From positions 11,134,881 through 11,198,880 of the forward strand of contig NC_057746.1 of the NCBI RefSeq assembly GCF_004010195.1: a stretch of DNA of 64,000 nt, read 5' to 3'. The notes under the pieces were generated by a model. It was not told where the DNA came from and ran no database searches. It saw only the letters and a program-made list of their open reading frames with translations. Shown here piece after piece: positions 1 to 11,837 of the stretch (positions within the stretch are counted from its first letter, which is position 1; every line of letters starts with the position of its first letter). The position numbers and the translations under genes are program-made. The DNA comes from Chiloscyllium plagiosum (taxonomy: Eukaryota).

Positions 1-139
1 AGAGAGTGAAAGAGAAAAAAAAACACCGCTGCCCGCTACCGGTAAGTACTTTTAAAACCAAACGGTCTTACCTTCGCTGCTGCTCGCACTGGAAAATCAG
101 TTGAGGGAACAAGCTCTGTGCTGCTTCTTTTGCAACAAG

Positions 140-453
140 AACCTTTCACCAGTGAGGAGAATAAGCTTGCATTCATACCTCCAGATATGGTCTCACTGAA
201 ATCCTCTCCAGCGGCAGCAACGCTTTTCCAGCCTGCTGTAACATTCCCAAACAGGATAGAGCATCATCAGTTGCCTGCACTGCATTGTTGAAATATCATC
301 GTCATTTTGTACTCGAGCAGCTTAAGGCAAAACTGTTTAAAATATCGCAATGAAGCTGGTATGCAAGGAATAAAATATGGTGAGATGTTCTCTCGCCAAA
401 CATCTCGAGTCAACCTCACCGGAGGCAACGTCACTCAGTTTCCACTGAGTCTG
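140..453 (+). pseudogene. Possible highly decayed Ig C1-set constant exon
   Basis: ~314 bp between a pyrimidine-preceded AG (138-139) and a phase-1 donor g|gtaaga (454). Reads FIPP...AATL, then agc(230) and tgc(272) 14 codons apart (each one substitution from Cys and Trp), then tgg(357) and tga(381) 8 codons apart (W..C spacing of C1 domains). Multiple stops and frameshifts; weak. Confidence 0.25.
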
Positions 454-1512
454 GTAAGATGGAGTTTCAGAATTTAAATTTCCTAGATATACCAAGTGAC
501 AATGGGACATTACAGGAAGGATGAGATTTCCCTAGAAGGGATACAGGGAACATTCAACAGGGTGTTTCCTTAGGACGAAGCATATCAGCTATGATGACAG
601 GCTGGAGTATCGCGGGTTGTTTACTCCGAAGGAGAAGTTGCTGATGGGGACATAATTCAGAAATAGGATTACAAGGAGCATGGTCAGGACCAGTCGTCAG
701 CAGAGTTTCCCTTTAGTCAGAAACCAAGATCAAGGGGGCACACTTTGAATGTGCAGCCTTTCAGGAATACACAGAATTTGAGGACTGTTTTCCACCCAGA
801 AGGTGTCATTATCTGGAATGCATTTCCTGAGATGGGAGCTGTAACGGCTAAACTCACAACCGTTAAAGCATACGTGGACAAGCACTTGAAGTGTCATAGC
901 ATTCATGGGTACGGATGACGTGCAGCAAAGTGGTTCTAATGTAGATCAAGCTGTATTACTGACCTATCACCTTCTCCCTCATCTTCATTTACCTAACGCA
1001 GAGTCTATGCTTTTGTGACTGCGTAACTATGGAAGGTCAATGATTGAGAAGCGTACACAAGAACTAATGGCTTTCTGAAGAGAGTGTTAACAAGATTTTG
1101 AAGAATACAAAGTAATATGTTCTAAAGCTATGCCAACTTCAGGAGTTAGAGAAGACAAGTGCAGCTTCGTTAGAATTTGAACCCACGTAAATGAGACGGG
1201 AAATGGCGCAAATATGAAGCAACAGTTTTATCTTTCTTTTAACAGAAGAAAACAACACAGAATGAAAGAAGAAAAACAGAAATTCTCAGAAATCAACGTC
1301 AGGTGAGTAAAGGTAGTAGAATGAAATTTCTGAAGAAATGGAGAGTAGGAAACTATTCAGACTGGAGGTAATGTGCACAGTCAACATCGATTTAGAAAAT
1401 GGGAAAATACTTGAGAAACGGACTGGGAGAACAATTATGGAGAAGCAATAGTTGCATTGCATTTGGATTTTCAGAAAGATTTTTGTAGGTCACAAGCCTT
1501 GTGTGGAAAATA

Positions 1513-1792
1513 AGATTAGATTAGATTACTTACAGTGTGGAAACAGGCCCTTCGGCCCAACAAGTCCACGCCGACCCGCCGAAGCGCAACCCACCCATAC
1601 CCCTACATTTATCCCTTTAACCTAACACTAGGGCAATTTAGTATGGCCAATTCACCTGCCCCGCACATCTTTAGACTGTGGGAGGAAACCGGAGCAGCCG
1701 GAGGAAACCCACGCAGACACGGGGAGAATGTGCAAACTCCACACAGTCAGTCGCCTGTGAGGCAGCAGTGCTAACCACTGTGCCACCGTGCC
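1513..1792 (-). mobile_element. HE1-type SINE (B-box region deleted)
   Basis: Near-identical to 47064-47366 except a deletion at gtcgcctg|tgaggcag. Confidence 0.88.
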
Positions 1793-2261
1793 ACAGGGCT
1801 ATGGCATTGCGGCTAATATATTAACCCTGTTTTGGAATGGGAGAGCTGTCAGGAATCCATGAGTAGGAATGAAAGTTCGTTCTTTGGGGTGGGAGGCTCG
1901 TGGTGTATTGCAAGGAGAGATGCTTTGACCCCAACTATTCACAACGCATATCAAATAAGTGTTTGACCGAACAAAATGCAATATTTCCACGTCTGTTGAT
2001 GGCACTAACCTTTGTCGGATTTTGCATGGGTGAGCAGGACTTAAAAAATATCTCAAGTTGTTGAGATAAGTGAAGTGAATGCGTAAATATGTGGAAGAAG
2101 AAAAGCAACGGGGATATTTTGTAACGTTGTGCACTTTGCTTGACAGAAGCAGAAAAATACAATGGCAGCTTACCATTTGAAAAGGGAGTTGTTGAAAAAT
2201 GTCGATCGTTAAAACAACTTCAGCATTCCTTTATCGTTTTTTTTTTACTTTTGAGCAGACC

Positions 2262-2819
2262 ATCAACGTCCATTGAGATCAGCGATCTTGTTGCAGTTGT
2301 ATAAGACTCTGGTGCGGCCGCATCTGGAGTATTGTGTGCAGTTTTGGTTGCCATACTATAGGAAGGATGAGGAGGCAATGGAACGGGTGCAGAGGAGGTT
2401 TACCAGGATGTTGCCTGGTATGGTAGAAGATCGTATGAGGAAAGTCTGAGGCACTTGGGGTTGTTTTCATAGGAGAAAAGAAGGTTTAGGGGTGTACAAA
2501 ATGATTAGGGGTTTAGATAGGGTTGACCGTGAGAACCTTTTTCCACGTATAGAGTCAGCTATTACGACGGGGCATAGCTTTAAATTAAGGGGTGGTAGGT
2601 ATAGGACAGATGTTAGGGGTAGGTTCTTTACTCAGCGAGTCGTGAGTTCATGGAATGCCCTGCCAGTAGCAGTGGTGGACTCTCCCTCTTTATGGGCATT
2701 TAAGCGGGCATTGGATAGGCATATGGAGGATAGTGGGCGAGTGTAGGTTAGGTGGGCTTGGATCGGCGCAACATCGAGGGCCAAAGGGCCTGTACTGCGC
2801 TGTATTCTTCTATGTTCTA
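2262..2819 (+). mobile_element. Young 5'-truncated CR1 3' end
   Basis: LVRPHLEYCVQFW...YKMIRGLDRVD...FFTQRVVSSWNALP...FKRALD, ending ttctatgttcta. Confidence 0.9.
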
Positions 2820-3052
2820 ATACTGGGAATGGCATTGGAACGCTGAACACTGTAGATAAACCCACCAAGTGTGTATCTATAACATTGAAAAGTAACTGCA
2901 TCTAGACGTACACCAATCAATTAAACAATTTTGCATGAGCATGAAGAAGGTAAATTGTGTATTTTTCGTCATTTCAAGGGGATTTGAGTACTGGAGTAAA
3001 GATTTCTTTCTCTCTGGACAAGACCTAGGTGAGTCCTCATCTTGAACATTGT

Positions 3053-6000
3053 CGAGAGTGTGGTGCTGGAAAAGCACAGCAGGTCAGTCAGCAATCATGG
3101 AAGTGGGGGCTGAGAAATGAATGGGAGATGGTGAGTTTGGGGGAAGGTAGCTGCGAAAGCGATAGGCAGATGAAGGTGAGGGAGAAGGTGATAGATCGGA
3201 GGGGGTGGAGCGGATTGATGGGAAATGTGATGAATATATCAGCATGGTAATGTCGAGTTGGAGGCTTGGAACTGGGATAATGTGGAGCGAGGGGAAATAA
3301 GGTAATGTTGAAATAGATATTCATTCCGTACGGTTTCAGGGTGAATGGCAGAATATGGGGCTTTCTTCCTATAGGCATTGAGTGGTAACGGTTTGGTGGT
3401 GGAGGAGGCCAACGGCCTACATGTCCTTGATGGTGTGGGAGGGGGAGTTGAAGTTTTCAGCCACGGGGTCGTGGTGCTGGTGGTTGCGGGTGTCCCAGAG
3501 ATGTTCTCCGAAACGATCAGAAGGAAGGCATTCTGTCTGCACAAGGCAATGGAGACATCCGGTGCAATGAATACATTCGATGACATTGGCAGAGGTACAG
3601 GCAATTTTCTCCCAAATGTGGAAGTATACTTTGAGTCATTGGGAGGAGTTGAACTGAGTAGGTTGGGTACAGGTTTTACAATTCCTGTAGTGGCAGCGGT
3701 AGGTGTTAGTAGAGGGTGTGGGCTGGTGGGGGGCATGGATTTGACGACCGAGTCATGGAGGGAATTGTCTCACTGGAATGCTGACAGAGGTGGGGAAGGA
3801 AAAATACCGCTGTGACGTGATCTATTTGGTTGTGGCAGAAGTGGCAGAGAACGATGCAATGTATGTGGAGTTTGGTGGGCTGGAAGGTGAGGACTGGCAG
3901 TTCGTTCCTTGTTGCATTGCAACGAGTTAGGTTTAAGTGCGGTGGTACCGGAAATGGAGGACTTGCGTTAAACAGAATCGTTAACCACGTGGGAAGGGAA
4001 ATTGCGATCTTGGAGTGGGAGGTCATCTGGCATTTTCTAAGGTGAAATTGGTCATCCTGGAAACAGATGCGTTGGAGGCTGGGGAATTGGGTTAATGGAC
4101 GGCGTTTTTACAGGAGGTAGGGTGGGAGGAGGTTTAATCTTGATTGCAGTGGGAGTCGGTGGGCTTGCAGTACATGTCTGTGTTTAGTTGCTTGCCGAAG
4201 ACAGTAATAGAGAGACCAGGAATGAAAGGGAGGTGTCTGAGATGGTCCAGATGAATTTGATATTAGTGTGGTGAAGTTGATGAACTGCTCGGTCTCCTCG
4301 TGGGAGCACCAGTTAATGCCAATACAGTCATTGATAAAACAGAGCAGCAGCTGGCGTGAGATGCTGGTGTAACTGCAGTAGATAGACTGTTCAACTTACC
4401 CGACAAAGATGCAGGCATAGCTCGTTCTATGGTACCCATGGCTACCCCTTTGGTTTCGAGGAAGTGGTGGGAGGATTAGAGGAAGTTGTTGAGGGTGAGG
4501 ACCAGTACAGCCAGGCGGATAAAAAGGCCGGTCGAAGTGGACTTGTCAGGACGGAGTGAGAGGAAGAAACGCAGTGCTTGTTGGCCTTCTTCGTGGCTAA
4601 TCGATATTTATTGGGACTGGAAGTCCGTGGTGAAGATAACGAAAGTCTTAGAGGAAATCAAGCGCGTGGGTGGTGTCCGAAATGTCGGTGCTGAGTTCCT
4701 GGACTGAGGGAGAGAGGACGGTGTCACGGTTGGCAGAGATGACTTCAGTGGGATAGGTGCAGGCTCAAACAATGGGTCGAAGGAGGAAGTCAGGTTTGTA
4801 AGTCTTTCCGGGAGATAGAAACGGGAGATGCAGAATTCACGGGAAATGAGTTTGGAGGCCGTGAATGGTGGATCCGCAAAGCTGATGAGGCTTTAGATTG
4901 TCTTGGAGATGATGGTTAGCTTATGGGAGGTATGGTCCTTGTCAAGAGGGCAGTAGGAGGAGTTGTCTATGAGTTGGAACCTGGCTTCAGCTGTATAGAG
5001 GTGGATGCACCAAACTACTACTGCTCCGCCCTTGTCTGATAATGACGGTGGAGTTGGAGTGGGAGTTGTGGAGGCCTGCACCTTGTGAGGGCGGGAGGTT
5101 GGAGTGAGTGACGGATGGGCAGGTTGAGGCTATCAATTTCATTGCAGCAGTTTGCGATGAAGAGGTCACTAGCAGATAAGAGGCCAGCATGGAGTTTCCA
5201 GCTGGATGGGGTGTGTTGGAAATGGGAGAAAGTGTTACACGTGCCTGGGCAGGAGTCTTGGTTGAGAAGGTGGACCTGGTCGTGAGGCTGCAGAAGGAAC
5301 ATTCAAGGTTGCGATGTATGTCGAACTCATTAATCTGGTTGAGTAAAGGGATGAGGTGAGGCCCTTGCTGAGGACTAAACATTCGTCCTCCCTGAGGAAC
5401 AGGTCTGGGGAAATTGTAAACGCACGGCAGGAATGGGAGCTCGGAGCTGAGGTACGAGCTGGGTGTGGACATGGAGATAGTGACTTGATTTTAACATCAG
5501 ATGTGACGTAATAAACGGACGTGACGCTCAAAAAAGGGTTGGCTTTGGGGCCGACAGTGGAGACCACGGTGTGTGTATGTGAATTTCGCGCACTGCGGCA
5601 ATGTTGCAGTCTGGTTCTCGGTGGGTGATGTCACTGGTGCCGGAAGTGACGTCGGCGATTATGTGTTCCGTATCCAGGTAAGTGATTTATTTCAGGGCAG
5701 CTATGGCTGCGGTGGCTGCAACTGTGGAGACAGAAGTGTTGTGCAGCTTAGGTATCGTGCTGTCATGGAAGTGGTGAATCGAGCGATGGAGGTCAATCCC
5801 TTGGTGGTAGGGATGGCGGTCGACTTCCCGCCAGTCACGGATGTGGTTGGATGCATAGTGATTGTGGAGACTATGTGGTGGTCTGTGGCTAGGATCGGTG
5901 TGGCGCCGGGTGTGGAAGTGGCCGCATCATTCACCCCAAGAGTTTTGGAAGTAGTGGCCACATGGTGACTGGTGTCAAAGTGGTTCCAAACGCCAAGGAA

Positions 6001-8855
6001 AAGCTCTGAAATGATCGATGGAACCCGTGTATTGCGGTAGTTACTTAAAGTCTGTTTAACGTACGTTATTTTATGTCTAATATGGTGGAACAAACCGTTC
6101 GTTGAGTGCATGAATTCTTCTAGGAAGTACAACAGCAGAAGTCCACTGCAGGTCTGGGAAAGTATGGCCGTGAGCTGAGGCAGGCTAACTGCAGGGAGAG
6201 TAGGTATCAGCGCACAGCTATGACCGTGAAGTGGATGGACCAACGACTGCCCTCTTTTAGAGTGTCACTTCCTTTAGTAACGTTATTCCAGACTATATAA
6301 CCATGGCCACTCATGTGACTGTCTCCACCCACACACCCAGCTCCCAGCCTCGTCTCGTGTTTGCCATTCACCCAGACTTCACTTTCAATGAGGACGAACG
6401 TTTAGTCCTCAATAAAGGCTTCATATTCATCCCATTGCACTCCCTGAGTAATTATTACCACCTTGACTTCTGAGCCCACTTTTTCAATCAGGACTCCCGC
6501 CCATACACAGGGAACCTTTCTCCGACCTCCAACACAACCCATCCACCTGGACACCCCGTGTTGGCCTATTACGTACACTTAATTTTTTTATTTCGAGTTG
6601 TCGCCGTGACATTGACAGCCGCAACATGTCCACCTCCCTCACCTGGTCCTACCTCCCGCCCTCACAATACACAGCCCTCCATTCCTTCCGTTCCAACCCT
6701 AACCTCATCATCAAAACAGCAGTCAATGGGGCGTTGTGGTAGTTTGGCACACCAAACTCTACAACAGTGAAACCAGGCGCCAACTTGCAGACACCTTTTA
6801 CTACCGCCCCCTCACCACCGCCCTCACTTCTGAACACCACACAATCAACTCACAGACTATCGGCAATCTGATCACTTGTGCAGAACTCCCATTCACAATC
6901 TCAAATCTCATTGTCCATGAACCCCGTACCTCCTGATCCTAACTCCCAGCAAAGTTTCACAAACCTGACTTCCCCAGTCGACCCATTGTCTCAGCCTGCG
7001 CCTGTCTGACTGAACTCATCTCTGCTTACCTTGACACCTTCTTCTCTCTCATAGTCTAGGAATCACTCACCAACGTTCAGGAGACCACCCACGCCCTTCA
7101 CTTCCTTCAAGATATTTGGTTTCCCCCCACCCCCCCACCAATGCCTCATATCCACCATGGACATCCAGTCATTTTATAAAGAGACTCACCACTATGAAAT
7201 TCTACATGCTCTCCGTTTATTCATCTCATGACGTCCAACCAGTACCCTGTCACTGACCCTCTCATCCGCCTGGCTGAACTGGTTGTCACCCTCAAGAACT
7301 TCTCCTTCCAATCGTCCCACTTGCTTGATGTAAATGGGATAGCCACCAGCCCCATTACAGTATACAGCCTTGTCTGCCTCTTTGACTGGTATGTAGAACA
7401 GTCCATCTTTTGCATTTACACCAACATCACACTCCACCTGATCCTCCGCTCTGCGATCACTGTACTGGCGCTAACAGGTCCCCCGACGAGGAGGTCGAAC
7501 AGTTTATCAACTTTACCAACACTTTCCATCCCGATGGCAAATTCACCTGGACCATCTCAGACACCTCCCCATACTGGACCTCTCAGACCATCTTTGGTGA
7601 CCGACTAATTACAGACATCTACCCAAGCCTTCAGACTCCCACAGCTACATTGACTACATCTCCCACACTACCTCTTGGAGAAACGCCATTCCATATTCAC
7701 AATTCCTCTGCCTCCACCGCATCTCTTCCCAGGATGATGAATTACGCCTGAGAAAATCCAAGATGGCCCAGTTATTCCAAGATTACAGTTTCCCTTCCCT
7801 CATGGTTGATGCTGTCCAGCGCATGTCTTCGACTTCCCGCACAACCACCCTTCAACACCACCTCCTCCAATGCAACAAGGACTGAACCGCCGTGCTCCTC
7901 ACCTTCCACCCCACCAATCTCTGCATACATCGCATCATCCTTCACCACTTCTGTCACATCGAAGCCAATCCAAACAGCAGAGCTTTGTTTCCCTCCCCAC
8001 CTTTATCAATGTTCCAGAGAGACCAATCTCTCCGTGACTCCCCTGTCAGGTCCTCGCCCTGCACCAGACCACAGCCCACTCCAGATACCTCGCCTTTCCA
8101 TCGCAGGAACTGCAAAATCTGCGCCGCCACCATGCCCCTTACCTTCGTCCAAGGCCGCAAAGGATCGTCCCACATTCACCAGAATTTTACCTGTACCTCT
8201 CGCAATGTCATCTACTGTATCTGTTGCACCCAATGTGGTCACCTCTACATTTGGGAGCCAGGACGCCTTCTTGCAGGAATATTCAGAGAACATCTCTGGG
8301 ACACGCTCCACACATACACACACCAATCCCACCGTACCCTAGCAGAACTCTTCAACTCCCATTCCCACTTCTTCAAGGATATGCAGGACCTGTGACCTCA
8401 AGGACCTGTGCCTCCTCCACCGCCAAACATTACGACCCAAAACCTGAAGGAAGAACGACTCATATTCTACCTTCGCACCGTGCAACCACACGGGATGAAT
8501 GTATAATTTAAAGTTACCTTACTTCCCATACCTCCAAACTTTCACAGTAGGAAGTCTCCAATTCAGCACAACTCTCATGACCTGTCCATCATGTTTTCAA
8601 TCTATCTGCTCCAGCCCCTGCGACTTATCACCTTGTCCCTCACGTTTAACTACCTATCGCATTCTCAGCTACTTTCCTCAAACCCATCGCTCGCATTTAT
8701 CTCTTTGGGCCCCACAGTCACAAGCCTCATTCCTGATGAAGGACTTGTGCCCATAATGTCTATTTTCCTGCTCTTTGGATACTGCCTAACCTGCTATGCT
8801 TTTTCAGCACCAAACTCTCGAATATGATTTCCAGCATCTGCCGCCCTCAATTTCC
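3053..8855. mobile_element. Inverted (head-to-head) Penelope-like element pair, 5.8 kb, with 15-bp TSD
   Basis: Minus copy ~3053-6240 and plus copy ~6290-8855. Both carry E..VL.KGL.F, DKGGAVVVW, RT remnants and a GIY-YIG endonuclease (FTCTSRNVIYCICCTQCGHLYI...FREHL). TSD catcttgaacattgt (3038-3052) / catcttaaacattgt (8856-8870). Splits an old CR1. Confidence 0.88.
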
Positions 8856-10569
8856 CATCTTAAACATTGTGCAGTGATTTGTGCAGTTTTGTCTCCTTAC
8901 CACGTCAAATTTGACATTGATGGAGTACGACAAAAGATGACCAGACTGAACTCTGGAATGACAGGATTGTTGTGAAAGCAGTGTTTGGTCGATTGAGCCA
9001 GTGTTTCGTGAGGTTGTGAAAACGGAGCGGAGATCTCAGCGAAGTGTACAGAATTCTTGCAGGTGGAGATCATTTGGAAGCAGGGGTGATAATTCCCCTG
9101 GCTTGGACGACTAAAACAAAGGGCCACAGTATTAGGTAATGATAGGCCACTTTGCGTTGAGATGAGAATTAACATCTGCTCTCCGAGACTGGTGAACTTG
9201 GGAAATTCTCTTCAACATTTGGTTGTGGAATACATGGCATGAGATAGAAATAACGATCTTTTGACTCTAAATTGATAAGTAGAGAGCAGGGGTATGTCGT
9301 GGACATACAGGATCAGCCTTCTTTACATTGAAAGGAAGCAAAGTTGATGCACCCAAGGGACTATTGCAGTTCCTATTTTAACGTTTCCAATGGTTTATCA
9401 CATTATGCGATGTGCACCATTTGGGGGAAATTGCATTGAAGAGATGTTCGGCAGTTTAGTGAAATGGGGATGGCTCGATGTGCTAAATGGCCTACTCGTT
9501 TCCCGATGTTTCTATGCAGTCTGTGGGAATGCTATGTAAATTTTGTCACACGCTTTCAGATGTTAGTAAGGAGGTTTCTGTTGTATCGACAGGGTTGTGT
9601 TTCCCGTTCCACTTTCTGACATCGGCACAGATGCTGGGTGTTTTGTCCGGTTTATGCCATTAAGAGCTTGGACCAGTTTGAATCAACTGAGTGTTTTGCT
9701 TGGCCGTTTCAGAGACCATAGAAGATTTTATCACATGCCTGTGTGTCTGGTGACACGTTTATGTCAGAGCAAGAAAGCTCCTTAACTTAATTCCTGAACG
9801 AAGTTTCGTGAAGGAAATCTGTGTTTACAATCGAAATTGGCCAATGGACACAATTAATGATGTCAGATTGTCGGCTTCGTTAATTTATTAATAATTCAAC
9901 TTTCACAAAATGCCAGATTCTAAGTCTCGCTATTTTATTAACTGTTTTAATTATCCCCCAGCTTCCAGATCTGTAACCTCATCTGAATTAGTAATCATGA
10001 TGTTTGCATAACAGCACTATTTCCACTTGGGGATCTACCAGAAACCACATTGAGCAGATTGTCTCTGTGCTACCTGAAAACTTTGTTTAAAAAAAAACAC
10101 TTCTACTAATCTGACTGCAGTGATGAGACAGAAAGAGTAGAAATTCATCAGATTGAAATGACACCCATGTTAGTGCACTGGACATAGTTCAGAAATTTTC
10201 CACATTCCAGATAGATGTCACAGTTGGAGCTGTAATGAAACAGCTTCCTTCGGGATACGGCTTGTTTTGCAGCTCAAATATGCAATTATCTTGCAAGACT
10301 GGTGTCAGGGCCCATTGTGTTTCGACTGTTTTCAATGATTTTTTGGTGTCACGTACAGAAAATCGAATTGTTTGAAAATTGGCATATATGAATCTGTGGG
10401 CATCATCAAAATGACAATTTTGGCTGAGGATTGTGCAGATACTTTATGCTTGTCTTTTGCACTGACATGCAAGAGTTTTGCACTATTTAGGAATGAAAGG
10501 TAATGGCTTATTTGTGTTTTCGCTGGTCTGTTAATTAAGAAACCCAATGAACTTTCCTGGTACCTAGGT

Positions 10570-10860
10570 ATGAAACCTGCCACAGCATATGGTGACACTT
10601 CAAACCCATGAATATCTAGAATTCAGAGTGTAATGATGACCATGAAGTGATTGTCGACTGTCAGAAAGAGTCGTCTGGTTGACTAATATTGTTTAGAAAA
10701 GAAATCTACCATCTTTACCCGGTCTAAACAACACGAAGCTGACATATGACTCCAGATCCATAGCAATGTGTTTGACTTTTAACTGACCTGTGGGCAAACA
10801 GGGTTGGACAATAAATGTTGGCCAAGCAAGCGACGCCCTGACACAGTCAGTAAAATTAAA
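10570..10860 (+). repeat. SINE-like interspersed repeat, family unassigned
   Basis: Contains tgactccagatccatagcaatgtg..tgacttttaactg; an inverted diverged copy lies at ~9680-9835. Confidence 0.4.
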
Positions 10861-11626
10861 AACATACATTTTGTGGAGGGCTCTCCTCGACTGTAATGTT
10901 TAAGAATCGATCACCATTTACGGCTGGTTGCAGCAGTCATGCAGATGTGAGATCTGATTTATTGGTTGTGGAATCATTTCGCCCTCTCCACGAGATGTTA
11001 ATTTTACTATTTGGAATGCAAGCACTCAAGTCCGCTACCTTGAGTGTCAACAATTGATTGTCAACAATTTCAGTTACACATGGAAAGTTGACCCGCACTC
11101 CTCAGTGAAACATAGATCGGCTTGATGATTATGATAGACTGAGGGATTTTCTCAGGTAAAAAGTTGTAGGTTGTGATTGAGCCTAATTCTGCTTCTGCTG
11201 CTGCTGTTGTCTGCTGCATGTTATAAATGCCAGGAATTCTATATTCAAGACATTTTCCGAGAACTACATAATTGAAAGTATTTAAGAAGGATTTTTGACT
11301 TCATAATGAATTGATGACGATAAATCATTGGTCATGGAAGAGGAGTGAGGGTCACAGAGTATTAGAATCATACACTTGTGCAAAATAACATTCAACCAAT
11401 GCCAAAGAGGTTAGTTAAACCAAACTAGTCCCACATGCCCATGTTTGATTCATATTCCTTAAAAACCTTTCAATCCACATACCTGTCCAAATATATTTTT
11501 CATGTTGCAATTCTATTCGACTCTATCACTTCCTTCGATACTTTGTGCAACACGCATGTGTGAAACAGGTTCTACTATTATGACTGTGAAAGCTTTCCCC
11601 TCTCACTTTTATCGTATGGACTTCAG

Positions 11627-11837
11627 TGTTGAAACTTTCTTGCTGGAACAGCACAGCAGGTCAGGCAGCATCCAGGGAACAGGAGATTCGACGTTTCGGG
11701 CACAGGCCCTTCCTGAAGAAGGGCTTATGCCCGAAACGTCGAATCTCCTGTTCCCTGGATGCTGCCTGACCTGCTGTGCTGTTCCAGCAATAAAGTTTCA
11801 ACTTTGATCTCCAGCATCTGCAGACCTCACTTTCTCC
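11627..11837. mobile_element. Palindromic Penelope pseudo-LTR mini-element with exact 15-bp TSD
   Basis: 85-bp inverted arms 11628-11712 and 11718-11802 (3 mismatches) around a 5-nt loop; TSD tcgtatggacttcag at 11612-11626 and 11838-11852; nearly identical to the termini of 41987-42561. Confidence 0.92.
11710..11743 (+). ncRNA. Minimal hammerhead ribozyme motif
   Basis: TTC-CTGAAGA-A-GGGC-TTAT-GCCC-GAAAC-GTC-GAA; the stem II loop differs (TTAT vs CTGT) while pairing is kept. Confidence 0.65.

Larger units (their letters stand above)
1040..9390 (+). mobile_element. Old CR1 ORF2 host fragments (~1040-1512, 1793-2260, 2880-3052, 8856-9390)
   Basis: Degenerate RT motifs (LDFQK, STSVDGT for FADDT, HLEHC) continuing across the SINE, young CR1 and Penelope insertions. 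Confidence 0.6.

Noticed and set aside
5573-6243. Thr-rich or Val-rich mucin-like ORFs
   Set aside because: Low-complexity segment in the N-terminal part of the minus-strand Penelope copy, inside the TSD-bounded element.
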